Counted from the stretch's first letter, positions 25,924 through 36,270 are shown. The stretch is DNA of 64,000 nt from Patescibacteria group bacterium (GCA_038323715.1 JBBQHF010000003.1:22489-86488), one strand, 5' to 3'. The notes: a model not told the origin generated them from the sequence alone. Made by a program: numbers and translations.

Positions 25924-25950
25924 ATGTTTATAAACTTAATTAGGCAACTA

Positions 25951-26970
25951 CTATATTACATTAACTTCCTCCCTTAAATCAAGACCAAATTTCTTTTTAA
26001 CGGCGGTTTTAACTTTTTTAATCAAGCCTAAAACTTGTTGGGCATTAGCCCCGCCCTCGTTCACTAAAATTAACGCTTGTTTTTCATACATCCTTACGGG
26101 CCCGAACTTTTTTCCTTTTAGACCAACTTGCTCAATCAACCAGCCGGCCGGAATCTTAATTTTAGTTTTACTAACTGGGAAAGAGGGCATGCTAGGATAT
26201 TTTTTGGCTAAATTTTTAAATAGCGCCAAACTTACTTCCGGATTCTTAAAAAAAGAACCCGCATTAGGTAAGACGTAGGGATTTGGCAATTTACTGTTTC
26301 TAATTTCAATAATTGTCTTAACAACATCTTGAGCGGTTGGTTTCTTGATTCCCTTAGCAAGTAGTGTCTCCCCCAGAGAACCATAATTCAATTTAAAGCT
26401 TGGTTTTTTATTTAATTTCGCCGTCACTGAATAAATAAAATATTGTCCTTTTAATTTATTTTTAAAGACACTATCGCGATAACCGAACTTACAATCAGAA
26501 GCGGAAAATATCTTCTCTTTTCCAGTTTTCAAATTAACCGCCAATAAATTATAAAAAGAATCTTTCAGCTCCACTCCATAAGCACCAATGTTTTGCATCG
26601 GAGCCGCTCCCACTGTGCCATATATTAAAAATAAATTTTCTAAACCAGATAATTTATTTTCTACCGTAAAAGCAACAAATTTAGTCCAAGACTCGCCCGA
26701 CAAAGCTTCCACCAAAGCATTAGTCTTGTTTTGTTTGATAATTTTTATTCCCTTAATTTCGTTCTTGATAACTAATCCTTTTATTTTGCCAGAGAATAAA
26801 GTATTAGAACCACCACCAATAACGGTAATAGCTTGTTTGTTGTGCTTAGCAAATTCAATCGCCTCTATTAGTTCTGACTTGTTTTTAACAACCACAAAAT
26901 AGTCGGCCGTTAAACCAACTTTTATGGTCGTGTATTGAGCTAAGGGATGATTTTTTTCTATATTTAACAT
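25951..26970 (-). CDS. murB: UDP-N-acetylenolpyruvoylglucosamine reductase
   Basis: MLNIEKNHPLAQYTTIKVG... with an FAD-binding domain and GGGSNTLF. Start at ATG 26970 (the track start is TTG). Confidence 0.9.
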   Translation of the reverse strand: MLNIEKNHPLAQYTTIKVGLTADYFVVVKNKSELIEAIEFAKHNKQAITVIGGGSNTLFSGKIKGLVIKNEIKGIKIIKQNKTNALVEALSGESWTKFVAFTVENKLSGLENLFLIYGTVGAAPMQNIGAYGVELKDSFYNLLAVNLKTGKEKIFSASDCKFGYRDSVFKNKLKGQYFIYSVTAKLNKKPSFKLNYGSLGETLLAKGIKKPTAQDVVKTIIEIRNSKLPNPYVLPNAGSFFKNPEVSLALFKNLAKKYPSMPSFPVSKTKIKIPAGWLIEQVGLKGKKFGPVRMYEKQALILVNEGGANAQQVLGLIKKVKTAVKKKFGLDLREEVNVI

Positions 26971-27005
26971 AATTTTATAATTAATTAGGTAATTGGGCAC
27001 CAATT

Positions 27006-28826
27006 TTAATCATCAATATCACCAATTTTTTGTAATTTTAAAAGTTTGGCGTATAAGCCACCAGATAAATGCGCGAGCTCGAGATGGCTCCCTTCTTCGG
27101 CGACCCTGCCTCTCTCCAAAACGACTATTTTATCCGCACTCTTAATTGTACTCAAGCGATGCGCAATAATAATCATCGTTCTCCCTTTACTAATTTTTTT
27201 CATGGCGTCGGAAATTAATCTCTCGCTTTCGCTATCAAGGCTAGAAGTTGCCTCATCAAAAATCAAGACCCGCGGATTAGATAATATTGCCCGAGCAATT
27301 CCTAAGCGCTGGCGCTGACCACCGGATAGTTTAATCCCGCGCTCCCCCACCATTGAATCATAGCCCTTATCAAGTTTTAAAATAAATTCTTCGGCATTAG
27401 CAATTCTCGCCGCCGCCTCTATCTCCCTTTGACTGGCCCCCGGTTTGGCATAAGCGATATTTTCCCGAACTGTTAAATCAAATAATTCAACTTCTTGTGG
27501 CACAATCGCTAAAAACTTACGAAAAGCTTTAACATCATAATCTCTTAAATCTCGACCATCAAGCAAAACTTGCCCTTTTTGCGGATCATAATGTCGATAT
27601 ACTAAACGAGCCACCGTAGTTTTGCCGCCACCAGATGGTCCAACTAGCGCCGTGACGCAACCTGAATTAATTTTAAAATTTAAATTAGCAACCGCCGTTT
27701 GTTTATTATCCGAATAAGCGAAAGAAACTTTTTTGAATACTACCTCGCCCGTTATTTTTCTTGGTTTATAACCGTCGGAGTTAGTTTGAATATCATCCTG
27801 AGTATTAAAAAGTAATAACAATCTGTTAACGCCCTCGCGGCCCTCTTCCATCTTATCGTAAAATCTGGTCAAACGATACAAAGAAGCATATGCTTTTTCG
27901 CTCAGCGTAAAGACAAAAATTAAACTCCCGACAGTCATAGAACCATTCGCTACCATATAAACTCCAATCAGTAGAACCGAGACACGACCAATATCGCCCA
28001 TAGAATTTCTAAACAAGCCAATCTTCATCATCCAGCTCCATTGTCTATTTTCGTTATCGCGTAAATTAGCTTTTACCTTACCAAACTCTTTGAGCTCCCT
28101 GCCTTCCTGAACAAATGACTGGACGGCATTAATATTAATAATCGTCTGCGTCATTTTACCTGACGCCGTTTCATAATCCCTATAAATTTGTTTTCTAATC
28201 GGATACATGCGGCGATTAGACCAATAAACAATAGCGATAAACAAAAGGGCAAAAAATAAAAAAGATGATCCGATTCGCCAATCCGACCAAAATAAAACGA
28301 CAACCGTAAAAGAAAGATTAATAACTGTTGGCAAAACTTCCCAAAAAACATTATTTAAAAATTCCGAAATTTTTTCAATGCCTTTTTCTATTTTAATTAT
28401 TTTCGCTCCCGTATTTTGTTTTTCATGGTACCCCAAACTCAAAGCCACCAACTTCTCTTGCGCCTTCATCCCTAGAGCGTACTCCACATCAACCAACAAG
28501 CGTAAAATTCGTCGGTCACTTAAATACTGGATGAAGGAACGAAATTCATCAGTCACTAAATATAAAGCAATTAATTTCAGTAAAAATATTATTTTTTCAG
28601 AATCAAAGGCCGATAAACTATCAATCACCACCTTCAAAAGATAAGGTTTTAACAAATCTAAAATACCAGCAAAAGCGATAATTAAACTAATTGATAAAAA
28701 AAGTTTGCGAAAAGGACGCAGTAAAACCCAAAACTCCAACCAAAAATGACGACGAGAAAGTTTTTCGCTTGCCTGTTTTTCTGTTCTACATCTTTCTGTC
28801 GATTTTACTTTTTTTTGTTTGGCCAT
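27006..28826 (-). CDS. ABC exporter, fused TMD-NBD (MsbA/ABCB-like)
   Basis: 606 aa; six predicted TM helices; Walker A GPSGGGKTT, signature LSGGQRQRL, Walker B LIFDEATSSLD. Confidence 0.9.
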   Translation of the reverse strand: MAKQKKVKSTERCRTEKQASEKLSRRHFWLEFWVLLRPFRKLFLSISLIIAFAGILDLLKPYLLKVVIDSLSAFDSEKIIFLLKLIALYLVTDEFRSFIQYLSDRRILRLLVDVEYALGMKAQEKLVALSLGYHEKQNTGAKIIKIEKGIEKISEFLNNVFWEVLPTVINLSFTVVVLFWSDWRIGSSFLFFALLFIAIVYWSNRRMYPIRKQIYRDYETASGKMTQTIININAVQSFVQEGRELKEFGKVKANLRDNENRQWSWMMKIGLFRNSMGDIGRVSVLLIGVYMVANGSMTVGSLIFVFTLSEKAYASLYRLTRFYDKMEEGREGVNRLLLLFNTQDDIQTNSDGYKPRKITGEVVFKKVSFAYSDNKQTAVANLNFKINSGCVTALVGPSGGGKTTVARLVYRHYDPQKGQVLLDGRDLRDYDVKAFRKFLAIVPQEVELFDLTVRENIAYAKPGASQREIEAAARIANAEEFILKLDKGYDSMVGERGIKLSGGQRQRLGIARAILSNPRVLIFDEATSSLDSESERLISDAMKKISKGRTMIIIAHRLSTIKSADKIVVLERGRVAEEGSHLELAHLSGGLYAKLLKLQKIGDIDD

Positions 28827-30223
28827 AATAATTTTTCACCGACACGAAACACATCACCGGCGCCCATAAGTAATATAATCTCATCCTTTTCTAAATTGGC
28901 ACGTACATAATGCACGGCCGCGTCTATATCTTTAAGATTAATAACCGCTTGTTTAATCTTATTTTGCTTGTTAAAAACTTGAACCGCTTTTACTAATTGA
29001 CTACTAGAAACACCGCCCTGTTTTTCTCTAGCCGAACCATAAATATCTAAAATAATTAAATTATCAGCGAGCGCAAAACTCTTGGCAAAATCAGAAAATA
29101 AAGCCTTGGTTCTAGTGTAAGTATGGGGATGAAAAATAACCTTGAGGCTACGATTTGGGTAATGAGCGCGCACCCCTTCTAGTGTTGCCTCGATTTCCGT
29201 GGGGTGATGAGCATAATCGTCAATAATTAAAGCGCCTTTATACTTGCCCATAATTTGCGCGCGCCTTTCGGTCCCGATAAAACCAAAAAGATGTTTTTTA
29301 ATAAGCGGGAGCGAAACTTTTAACTCTCTAGCGGCAGCGATGACTGCGAGCGCATTAAGAATATTGTGCTTACCCCAGAGCTTTATTTTGAACTCGCCCA
29401 AATTATTTACTAAAAAACTTTGAATACCATTTTTTACTTTTATATTATGGGCTAAATAGTTAACAGTCTCGCCACTATAATTTTCATCATCGATATCATA
29501 AGTCGCCACACGACCAGTGCAGTCCTTTTTTAAATCGCGACTATAAGCATCACGATTATTAGTTATCAGAAATCCGTTGTCTGGAATTTTTTTAATAAAA
29601 TCAGTAAAAACCTTAACATAGTCGGCTTCCGTTTTAAAAAAATCCGGGTGGTCATAATCAATATTATTTAAAACTACGCCAAAAGATTTCAAGTATTGTA
29701 ATTTATTGCCATATTCATCCGCCTCAGCCACGAATATTTTAGAATCTCCTTTTAGACCACAGCCTTTAAACTGAGGCACACTGGACCCCACTAAAACATT
29801 AGGTTTTTTACCGGCCTTCCATAACACATACCCTAACCAAGCGGAGGTGGTCGTTTTACCATGACTACCACAAACAGCAATCCCTTTCCCAGCGCTAAAA
29901 ACTTCCCCCAAAGCCTCTGAATAAGTAATCGTTCTGATATTTTTAAAATCTTTATTTTCAGACAAAGCCTTCATCTCAGGATTATTTTCCTTAGTATAAG
30001 CAATGGAGTGAATAATCAAATCAGCGTCAAGCGGGATATTTCTTTCCGAAAAAGGAGACTTAACTTTAACCTTCATTTTCTTCAAAACTTTATCGGTCAT
30101 AAAAGTTTCAGCAATATCAGAGCCAGAAATATGATTACCGTCCGCCACTAAAAATTGAGCCAAAGTCGTCATGCCGACCCCCTTAATACCAATCATATAA
30201 ATTTTCTTGCCTCTTTTATTCAT
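28805..30223 (-). CDS. murC: UDP-N-acetylmuramate--L-alanine ligase
   Basis: IYMIGIKGVGMTTLAQFL..., GSHGKTTTS; Mur ligase domains. Confidence 0.92.
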   Translation of the reverse strand: MNKRGKKIYMIGIKGVGMTTLAQFLVADGNHISGSDIAETFMTDKVLKKMKVKVKSPFSERNIPLDADLIIHSIAYTKENNPEMKALSENKDFKNIRTITYSEALGEVFSAGKGIAVCGSHGKTTTSAWLGYVLWKAGKKPNVLVGSSVPQFKGCGLKGDSKIFVAEADEYGNKLQYLKSFGVVLNNIDYDHPDFFKTEADYVKVFTDFIKKIPDNGFLITNNRDAYSRDLKKDCTGRVATYDIDDENYSGETVNYLAHNIKVKNGIQSFLVNNLGEFKIKLWGKHNILNALAVIAAARELKVSLPLIKKHLFGFIGTERRAQIMGKYKGALIIDDYAHHPTEIEATLEGVRAHYPNRSLKVIFHPHTYTRTKALFSDFAKSFALADNLIILDIYGSAREKQGGVSSSQLVKAVQVFNKQNKIKQAVINLKDIDAAVHYVRANLEKDEIILLMGAGDVFRVGEKLLWPNKKK

Positions 30224-31331
30224 GTTTTTTATGACTAGCTAAAATTTCTAAAATTAAACTAGCCATTGTTTCGGTGGCATTAGGCTTCATTATTTTAGAA
30301 ATATTGTTAGCTAAAGTCTTTCTTAATTCCCTATCCTCAAGACCACGTTTAATATTGGCAGTTAAAGATTCAACGGATAGTATTTTCTGATGTAAAACAA
30401 TTGCCGCGTTAGCGCGCTCAAAAATCACGACATTATCTTCCTGATGTGAATCCGGCATCGGAATCAGAATGGCTGGTTTTGCTAGTTCGCATAATTCGGT
30501 TAAAGTCCCTAACCCGCAACGAGAAACAATCAAATCAGCAATACTCATCAACGCGAAAACTTCATCGTTAGGGATAAGCTCAAAAGTTTGATAAAGCGTT
30601 GACTGAGTGTGACGCAAATCAAGCTTACCTTTTCCAGTTAAACTGATAACTTGAGCAAATTTATTTAGCTCAGGCGCCGCTGCTTTGATTAATTTATTAA
30701 TTGCGCTAGAACCAGTTCCACCACCAGTCACTAAAACAAGCGGCTTATCTTTGACAATATTATATTTTGACCTAATGGCTTCAATTGATAAATTATTGAT
30801 TGATAACCGATTAGCAGGATTTCCTATCCAAACGGCCTTGACTCCATAATCACGTAAAGATTTCTCAAAAGTAACGGTAATCACTCTAGCAAAAGGGGCC
30901 ATTAGCTTATTAGCGAGACCCGGCCTCACGTCTTGTTGATGGATAAAAATTGGAATATTTTTTAAAGAAGCGGCCCAAACTAAGGGAACGCTCGGGAAAC
31001 CGCCGGCGCTGATTATTAATCCTGGATTTTCTTTTTTTAAAATTGAAAATGAAATGATAAAAGCATAAAATATCTTAAAAAAATCAAGAAAATTATGAAC
31101 AGAAAAATAACGTCTGAATTTTCCAGATGGCAAGGAAATAAACTTAATTTTCTGACCCGCAACCTTAAAAGTTTCAACCATTAATTTTTCCGGCCCCGTC
31201 TTAGTGCCCACGAAGACTAAATCTAAATCCGATTGCTCCTTCATAAGCTCTCGCGCGACAACCAAAAGAGTCGTCACCGAACCACCGGAACCGCCACCGC
31301 TTAAAATAATTTTTTTAGACTTATCATTCAT
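30216..31331 (-). CDS. murG: Undecaprenyldiphospho-muramoylpentapeptide beta-N-acetylglucosaminyltransferase
   Basis: 371 aa; GGGSGGSV N-terminus, GT28 fold, dcw position. Confidence 0.9.
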   Translation of the reverse strand: MNDKSKKIILSGGGSGGSVTTLLVVARELMKEQSDLDLVFVGTKTGPEKLMVETFKVAGQKIKFISLPSGKFRRYFSVHNFLDFFKIFYAFIISFSILKKENPGLIISAGGFPSVPLVWAASLKNIPIFIHQQDVRPGLANKLMAPFARVITVTFEKSLRDYGVKAVWIGNPANRLSINNLSIEAIRSKYNIVKDKPLVLVTGGGTGSSAINKLIKAAAPELNKFAQVISLTGKGKLDLRHTQSTLYQTFELIPNDEVFALMSIADLIVSRCGLGTLTELCELAKPAILIPMPDSHQEDNVVIFERANAAIVLHQKILSVESLTANIKRGLEDRELRKTLANNISKIMKPNATETMASLILEILASHKKHE

Positions 31332-31340
31332 ATTTAATGC

Positions 31341-32495
31341 CTAACGTTTATGGAATCCCCCTTTAGACTGTTTACTAATATTAACCAATATTCCCATAGC
31401 AATCAAGGCTGAAAGCACCGCCGAACCGCCAGCAGAAATAAACGGCAAAGGAACCCCGGTCATCGGAATAAGATTAATCATCCCCCCGATATTTAAAAAT
31501 GTTTGCACTGTCAGCCAAATAACAATCCCAGTAGCTAGGGTTCGCCCATACAAATCGGGCGCGGCGCGCGCAATAATTAAACCACGATAAAAGATAAACA
31601 AAAACAAGAAAATAAGTAATGAGCTAAAGATAAAACCGATTTCTTCAGCAGCAATTGAAAATATTGAGTCCCCCCAAACTTCCGGCAGATACATAAATTT
31701 TTGACGACTTTGCCCTAAGCCTCGACCAAACCAACCACCAGAGCCAACCGCAATTAAAGATTGATTAATTTGATAACACTTGTCTTGCGCGCTGTAACTT
31801 GGGTCCTTTAAGCATTTAAACCTATCACTTTGATAAGAAGATTTCATGCTTAAGATTAAAAATAAAACTAAGCCAGCAAAAAGTACAACTAAAAAAATAT
31901 GTTTAAGCTTCCCACCGCCAACAAAAAAGACTAACATCGAAGTAAAGGAAATAATAAACAAAGTTCCCAAATCAGGCTGGGCCCACATTAATACACTAAT
32001 AATACCGAGAATAAATAAAAACGGTACAATTCCACTAGCAAAATTCCCCAAATCACCCTTTTTAGCCTCTAACCAGGTCGCTAAATAAATTAGAAAAGAT
32101 AATTTTACTAGTTCGGCCGGCTGAAAAGAATAACCAAAAACATTAATCCAGCTTCTAGCGGTCCCGTATTCCGATCTCAAACCAGGAATAAATACTAGAG
32201 TTAATAGAATGATAGATAAAATTAGGAGAAAAAAAGCATATTTTTTCCAAACACGGTAATCAATTTTAGAAGCCACAAAAAAAGCCACCAAACCAATCGC
32301 GACCGCCACTAATTGATGAGAAAAATAATATGAAGTATTGCCAAATCTAGCATAAGAAACGACTGAAGAGGCGCTAAATAATAAAACTAAACCCGAAATA
32401 ATCAAAACAAACATGGCCGAAATCAAACTTTTGTCCGGTTCGTGCTCCCCCGACCTAGGAGAAAATAACTTTTTAATTTTGAGGTTTAGCCTCAT
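31341..32495 (-). CDS. ftsW: SEDS family peptidoglycan polymerase FtsW/RodA
   Basis: 384 aa polytopic protein; ...PDLGT..., ...IPMTGVPLPFISAGGSA...; located between mraY and murG. Confidence 0.88.
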   Translation of the reverse strand: MRLNLKIKKLFSPRSGEHEPDKSLISAMFVLIISGLVLLFSASSVVSYARFGNTSYYFSHQLVAVAIGLVAFFVASKIDYRVWKKYAFFLLILSIILLTLVFIPGLRSEYGTARSWINVFGYSFQPAELVKLSFLIYLATWLEAKKGDLGNFASGIVPFLFILGIISVLMWAQPDLGTLFIISFTSMLVFFVGGGKLKHIFLVVLFAGLVLFLILSMKSSYQSDRFKCLKDPSYSAQDKCYQINQSLIAVGSGGWFGRGLGQSRQKFMYLPEVWGDSIFSIAAEEIGFIFSSLLIFLFLFIFYRGLIIARAAPDLYGRTLATGIVIWLTVQTFLNIGGMINLIPMTGVPLPFISAGGSAVLSALIAMGILVNISKQSKGGFHKR

Positions 32496-33538
32496 ATTCG
32501 CTTATCCAATAGGAAAATAATTAAACCAATTGTCGCTCCCACTCCGGCTATTACCCAAAAACGCATCACCACTTTAGCTTCAGGCCAGCCAATAGCTTGA
32601 AAATGGTGGTGGATGGGCGAAGAAAGAAAAATCTTTTTACCTCTAATTTTCTTTGATAAGGTTTGAATAATAACGGAAGCGGATTCTACTAAGAAAATAA
32701 AGCCAATAAAAATAAGCAACAGGGCGTTATTTGTTAACATGGCAATTATCCCCAGAGTCACTCCTAGACTCATCGCCCCCGTATCTCCCATATAGAACCG
32801 AGCGGGTTGAATGTTGAACCACAAAAAAGATAATAAGGCGCCGATAATCGCCGCGCAAAACGCCGCCAAATCATAGCGGCCTAAAGTAAAGGCGATAATA
32901 CCATAAGCAGCAAAGGCAATTAACAGTGTCCCGCCGGCTAAGCCGTCCAAACCATCGGTTTCATTTACCGAGAATGAAGTAGCAATAATAATAAAAATAA
33001 AGACAGGGATATACCAAGCGCCAATTTCAAAATTACCAAAAAATGGAACGTGCATTACCGTCCAATCTAATTTAAAATAGAACCAGATTGCCCCCATTAA
33101 AGCGATAAAGGCGTAAATCAATAAACGATGACGCAATTTAAGTCCACCGCCGCCGAAGACACCCTTTCCTCGAACATCTAACCAATCATCCACTAGTCCA
33201 ATCAAGGCTGTGACCACCAAAGCACCAAGCGGTAAAAGTGTCTCCGAACGAGAAAGAAAATTAAAATAAGTAAAAATATCGCTAGGAAATAATTGGGCTA
33301 ACAGATAAAAAAATAGAATCATTATTAACACTGTTCCCCAAATTAATATTCCTCCCATCGTCGGCGTTCCCGCCTTATGGGCATGTAATTCGGTAAAAAT
33401 TGGAGTGTCTCCACTATTTCTAATTTTTTTGCCTAGCTTGTATTTATATAAAAAATACGACAAAAGTGGCGTCGCGCCAAAAGCAAATATAAAAGCAAAA
33501 GTAGAAAAGAAAAGTATTCTGATAATTTGAAATTCCAT
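32492..33538 (-). CDS. mraY: Phospho-N-acetylmuramoyl-pentapeptide transferase
   Basis: 348 aa; HKAGTPTMGG, NETDGLDGLA, FYMGDTGAMSLG motifs. Its TGA stop overlaps the ftsW ATG (ATGA). Confidence 0.94.
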   Translation of the reverse strand: MEFQIIRILFFSTFAFIFAFGATPLLSYFLYKYKLGKKIRNSGDTPIFTELHAHKAGTPTMGGILIWGTVLIMILFFYLLAQLFPSDIFTYFNFLSRSETLLPLGALVVTALIGLVDDWLDVRGKGVFGGGGLKLRHRLLIYAFIALMGAIWFYFKLDWTVMHVPFFGNFEIGAWYIPVFIFIIIATSFSVNETDGLDGLAGGTLLIAFAAYGIIAFTLGRYDLAAFCAAIIGALLSFLWFNIQPARFYMGDTGAMSLGVTLGIIAMLTNNALLLIFIGFIFLVESASVIIQTLSKKIRGKKIFLSSPIHHHFQAIGWPEAKVVMRFWVIAGVGATIGLIIFLLDKRI

Positions 33539-33552
33539 ACGACAAAGGGTAG

Positions 33553-33966
33553 TTACCTAAAATTTATAAAATCGATGCTTAAAAGCGCTAAACTTAAGAA
33601 AGCGGCGCAAGCCAGAGCCGAACCTAAAAACATATGAATTATGAAATTAGATTCTTTACGGCGAGCTAAGCTAAAAACAATAATTATATTGATTAACATC
33701 GCTGCTAGCCCAAATACAGGATACAAAAATATTTTAGACGGGTTGCCGACTAAATCAACACCAAAATCTATATTGTAATGGAGAATTAAAAGATCGCCGC
33801 TTAGACGACGACGAATAAAAAAAGCCTGGGTCCATGCCAAAATTTGGAAGAGGGAGATTAAAACAAAGTAAATACGAGCCGGGATGAATTTAAATGTGGA
33901 ATTAATGGCTTCGCCCACCCTTTGAGAAACGTTGTAGAGCCTAGCGTAAAAATTTGAGTAAGTCAT
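33553..33966 (-). CDS. Hypothetical membrane protein (about 4 TM)
   Basis: 137 aa hydrophobic ORF directly upstream of mraY; no recognisable family. Confidence 0.55.
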   Translation of the reverse strand: MTYSNFYARLYNVSQRVGEAINSTFKFIPARIYFVLISLFQILAWTQAFFIRRRLSGDLLILHYNIDFGVDLVGNPSKIFLYPVFGLAAMLINIIIVFSLARRKESNFIIHMFLGSALACAAFLSLALLSIDFINFR

Positions 33967-34049
33967 AGAAAAAAAACGAGATTTCGTATCCTAGATACAA
34001 GCTTAACATATTTTTAAAATAATATAAAACGTGCTAAAATAATACTATT

Positions 34050-35057
34050 ATGACTAACAAAACCTGGCACGACCTTTTTGGCTATGCCGTCAAAGAACAA
34101 GCAAAAAGAGTGGTTATCGCTGGAAGCAAAAACGGCCTATCTTTTAGCTGTCATCTTCCCGGAGGAGAGGAGGCTGTTTTTAATTTACCAAAAAAATTTG
34201 AGACCGATCTTGTTCTTAGCCTCAAAAACTTACTCAACATAATCCCCGGAGAACTATCATACAATAAGCATGGGAAAATAAAGAACAAAAATTATCGTCT
34301 TAATTTTCGGCTCAATATTGTCCCCGATAAATTTGGCGAAAAGATAGTAATTAATGTGATTGACGAAGAAGACAAAATAATAAGTTTGAATAAATTAGGT
34401 TTCCAAAAAAAGGAGTTACAACTTGTTAAACAGAAGATTAAATCAAAGTCAGGATTAATTGTTATCACCTCCAAGGAGAGGCAGGGTAAAACCATCACCA
34501 TGCAGTCACTCTTAAAAGAGCTAAACCAAGAAAACAAAAATATATATTTATTAGATTCTGCTCCGGAGTTTACAATAGACGGCATTAATTGTTTAGACAA
34601 TAAACCAGAAAATTGGGAAAAAATATTAAATCACGACTCAGACATCATTGCTTTTGAAGCTCAAGATGATAAAGAAGACATCAAAAAAGCAATAGAAGTA
34701 GCCGGGACTGGACGTCTAGTGATTATAACTATTAAAGCTAACAATTCCCTGGAAGCCTTATATAAATTATTAACCAGCGGCGCGCCCTTGAAATTAACCC
34801 TTAATAACCTTAAACTGATAATCGGACAAGAATTAACTACTTTAAAAAGAGCCACTACTAAAAATAAAGGCCGAAAAAAAATTGGTCTATTTGAAGTTTT
34901 TACTTTCAATAAAGATATTCTTAATTTTATTACTAAAAATAAGACCATTCTAAAAACAGCAAATTTTTGGAAACAATTTTTTCAAGTGGTTGAAGAAAAT
35001 GGATATGAACCCTTAGTATTTGACTACCAACAAAAAAAGCGCGATAAAATGATTTAA
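34050..35057 (+). CDS. GspE/PilB/PilT-superfamily ATPase homologue with degenerate catalytic motifs
   Basis: 335 aa, alignable by eye to PilT/PilB cores. Walker A is TSKERQGKT (canonical GPTGSGKS/T). The Asp box is LLDSAPEF (canonical IEDPIE). Walker B is DIIAFEAQD (canonical DIILVGEMRD). The His box is GRLVIITIKAN (canonical GHLVxSTLHTN). Confidence 0.65.
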   Translation: MTNKTWHDLFGYAVKEQAKRVVIAGSKNGLSFSCHLPGGEEAVFNLPKKFETDLVLSLKNLLNIIPGELSYNKHGKIKNKNYRLNFRLNIVPDKFGEKIVINVIDEEDKIISLNKLGFQKKELQLVKQKIKSKSGLIVITSKERQGKTITMQSLLKELNQENKNIYLLDSAPEFTIDGINCLDNKPENWEKILNHDSDIIAFEAQDDKEDIKKAIEVAGTGRLVIITIKANNSLEALYKLLTSGAPLKLTLNNLKLIIGQELTTLKRATTKNKGRKKIGLFEVFTFNKDILNFITKNKTILKTANFWKQFFQVVEENGYEPLVFDYQQKKRDKMI

Positions 35058-35061
35058 AGAC

Positions 35062-35724
35062 ATGAAAAAAATTTGCGTTATCCCCGCCTACAATGAAGCT
35101 AGAAATATTGCTGAAGTTATTAACAAGGTTAGGCCTTTTGTTGATGAGATTGTAATTGTAGACGATGGCTCTAAGGATGAAACTGTCGCTCTAGCGAAAG
35201 CAACTGGAGTAACAGTTTTACAACACCCAATTAATCGCGGGCAAGGAGCGGCCCTCCAAACCGGAAATGATTATGCTCTCAGAAATGGGGCTGATATTAT
35301 CATCCATTTTGATGCCGATAATCAGTTTCAAGCCGTAGAAATTCCAGAGCTAGTGAGCCCCATTGAAAACGGCCTAGCAGAAGCCGTGCTCGGTTCAAGA
35401 TTTTTGTCCAAGAAATCAGACCTACCACCATTTAAAAAAAATGTTATTATGCCCCTAGCGCGATTAATTAATAAGCTATTTTTTCAAATTAATTTAAGCG
35501 ACCCCCAAAGTGGTTTTCGGGTATTAAGTAGAGGGGCGGCAGAAAAAATTAAAATTACCAATGATGGCATGGCCCATTGTAGTGAAATTCTCCAACAATT
35601 ATTTAAAAATAAAATAAAAACAATAGAAGTCCCCATTACCGTTGTTTATCATGAATTCGGGCAGAAGTTTTCTGGCGGGGTAAGAATAATTAAAGATATG
35701 GCCATTAAAAAATTAATAAAATAA
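35062..35724 (+). CDS. Family 2 glycosyltransferase (polyprenyl-phosphate sugar transferase-like)
   Basis: 220 aa; VIPAYNEARNI...IVIVDDGSKDET...DADNQ. Confidence 0.88.
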   Translation: MKKICVIPAYNEARNIAEVINKVRPFVDEIVIVDDGSKDETVALAKATGVTVLQHPINRGQGAALQTGNDYALRNGADIIIHFDADNQFQAVEIPELVSPIENGLAEAVLGSRFLSKKSDLPPFKKNVIMPLARLINKLFFQINLSDPQSGFRVLSRGAAEKIKITNDGMAHCSEILQQLFKNKIKTIEVPITVVYHEFGQKFSGGVRIIKDMAIKKLIK

Positions 35725-35728
35725 AAAA

Positions 35729-35755
35729 GGCCTCTTTAGTAGAGACCCTTTTTGA
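35729..35755. terminator. Hairpin plus T-run between convergent genes
   Basis: ggcctct/ttagt/agagacc has one mismatch and is followed by cttttt; A-run upstream. Confidence 0.4.
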
Positions 35756-35772
35756 TACCAACCAATCATTGA

Positions 35773-36270
35773 TTAGGTAACAATCGGCACGAGAAGTATT
35801 TCGATAAGTAAAATTCCGAATACCATCGCGGATGTTTTAGCAGCCAAGCCTTTATTGAAAAAGTCATGCAATTCTACAAGCTCATTCCCGTCTACAAGCG
35901 AAGGCCTATCAACTTTAAAAGATTTAAGAGCGGTTATTACCCCGGTTATAAGCAATAGTGCAAAAGTAAGCAGAACGCCAATTTCAATCTGTTGTTCCAC
36001 TCTTCCTAAATCCCACAGAAAATAGCCCATCAGCGCTAACAAAAAAACATCAAACGCAAAAGATATGCTATTTTTCAACTTTCCGGTTATATGAGTTAAA
36101 ACCATGAGAACAACGAGTGCTCCCGCCAACAGAATGGCGATTGTTTCATCATTAACATGGAAATTTCCACTCTGGCTAATTAAAACCAACCGAAATAAAC
36201 AAAACACAGCGAGGAATAAGAGGCTCATCAGAGCGTCTTTCAACCAGCTTAACTTTTTTTTCAGAATCAT
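35773..36270 (-). CDS. Hypothetical membrane protein (about 5 TM)
   Basis: 165 aa hydrophobic ORF with an ATG start; no family recognised. Confidence 0.55.
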   Translation of the reverse strand: MILKKKLSWLKDALMSLLFLAVFCLFRLVLISQSGNFHVNDETIAILLAGALVVLMVLTHITGKLKNSISFAFDVFLLALMGYFLWDLGRVEQQIEIGVLLTFALLLITGVITALKSFKVDRPSLVDGNELVELHDFFNKGLAAKTSAMVFGILLIEILLVPIVT

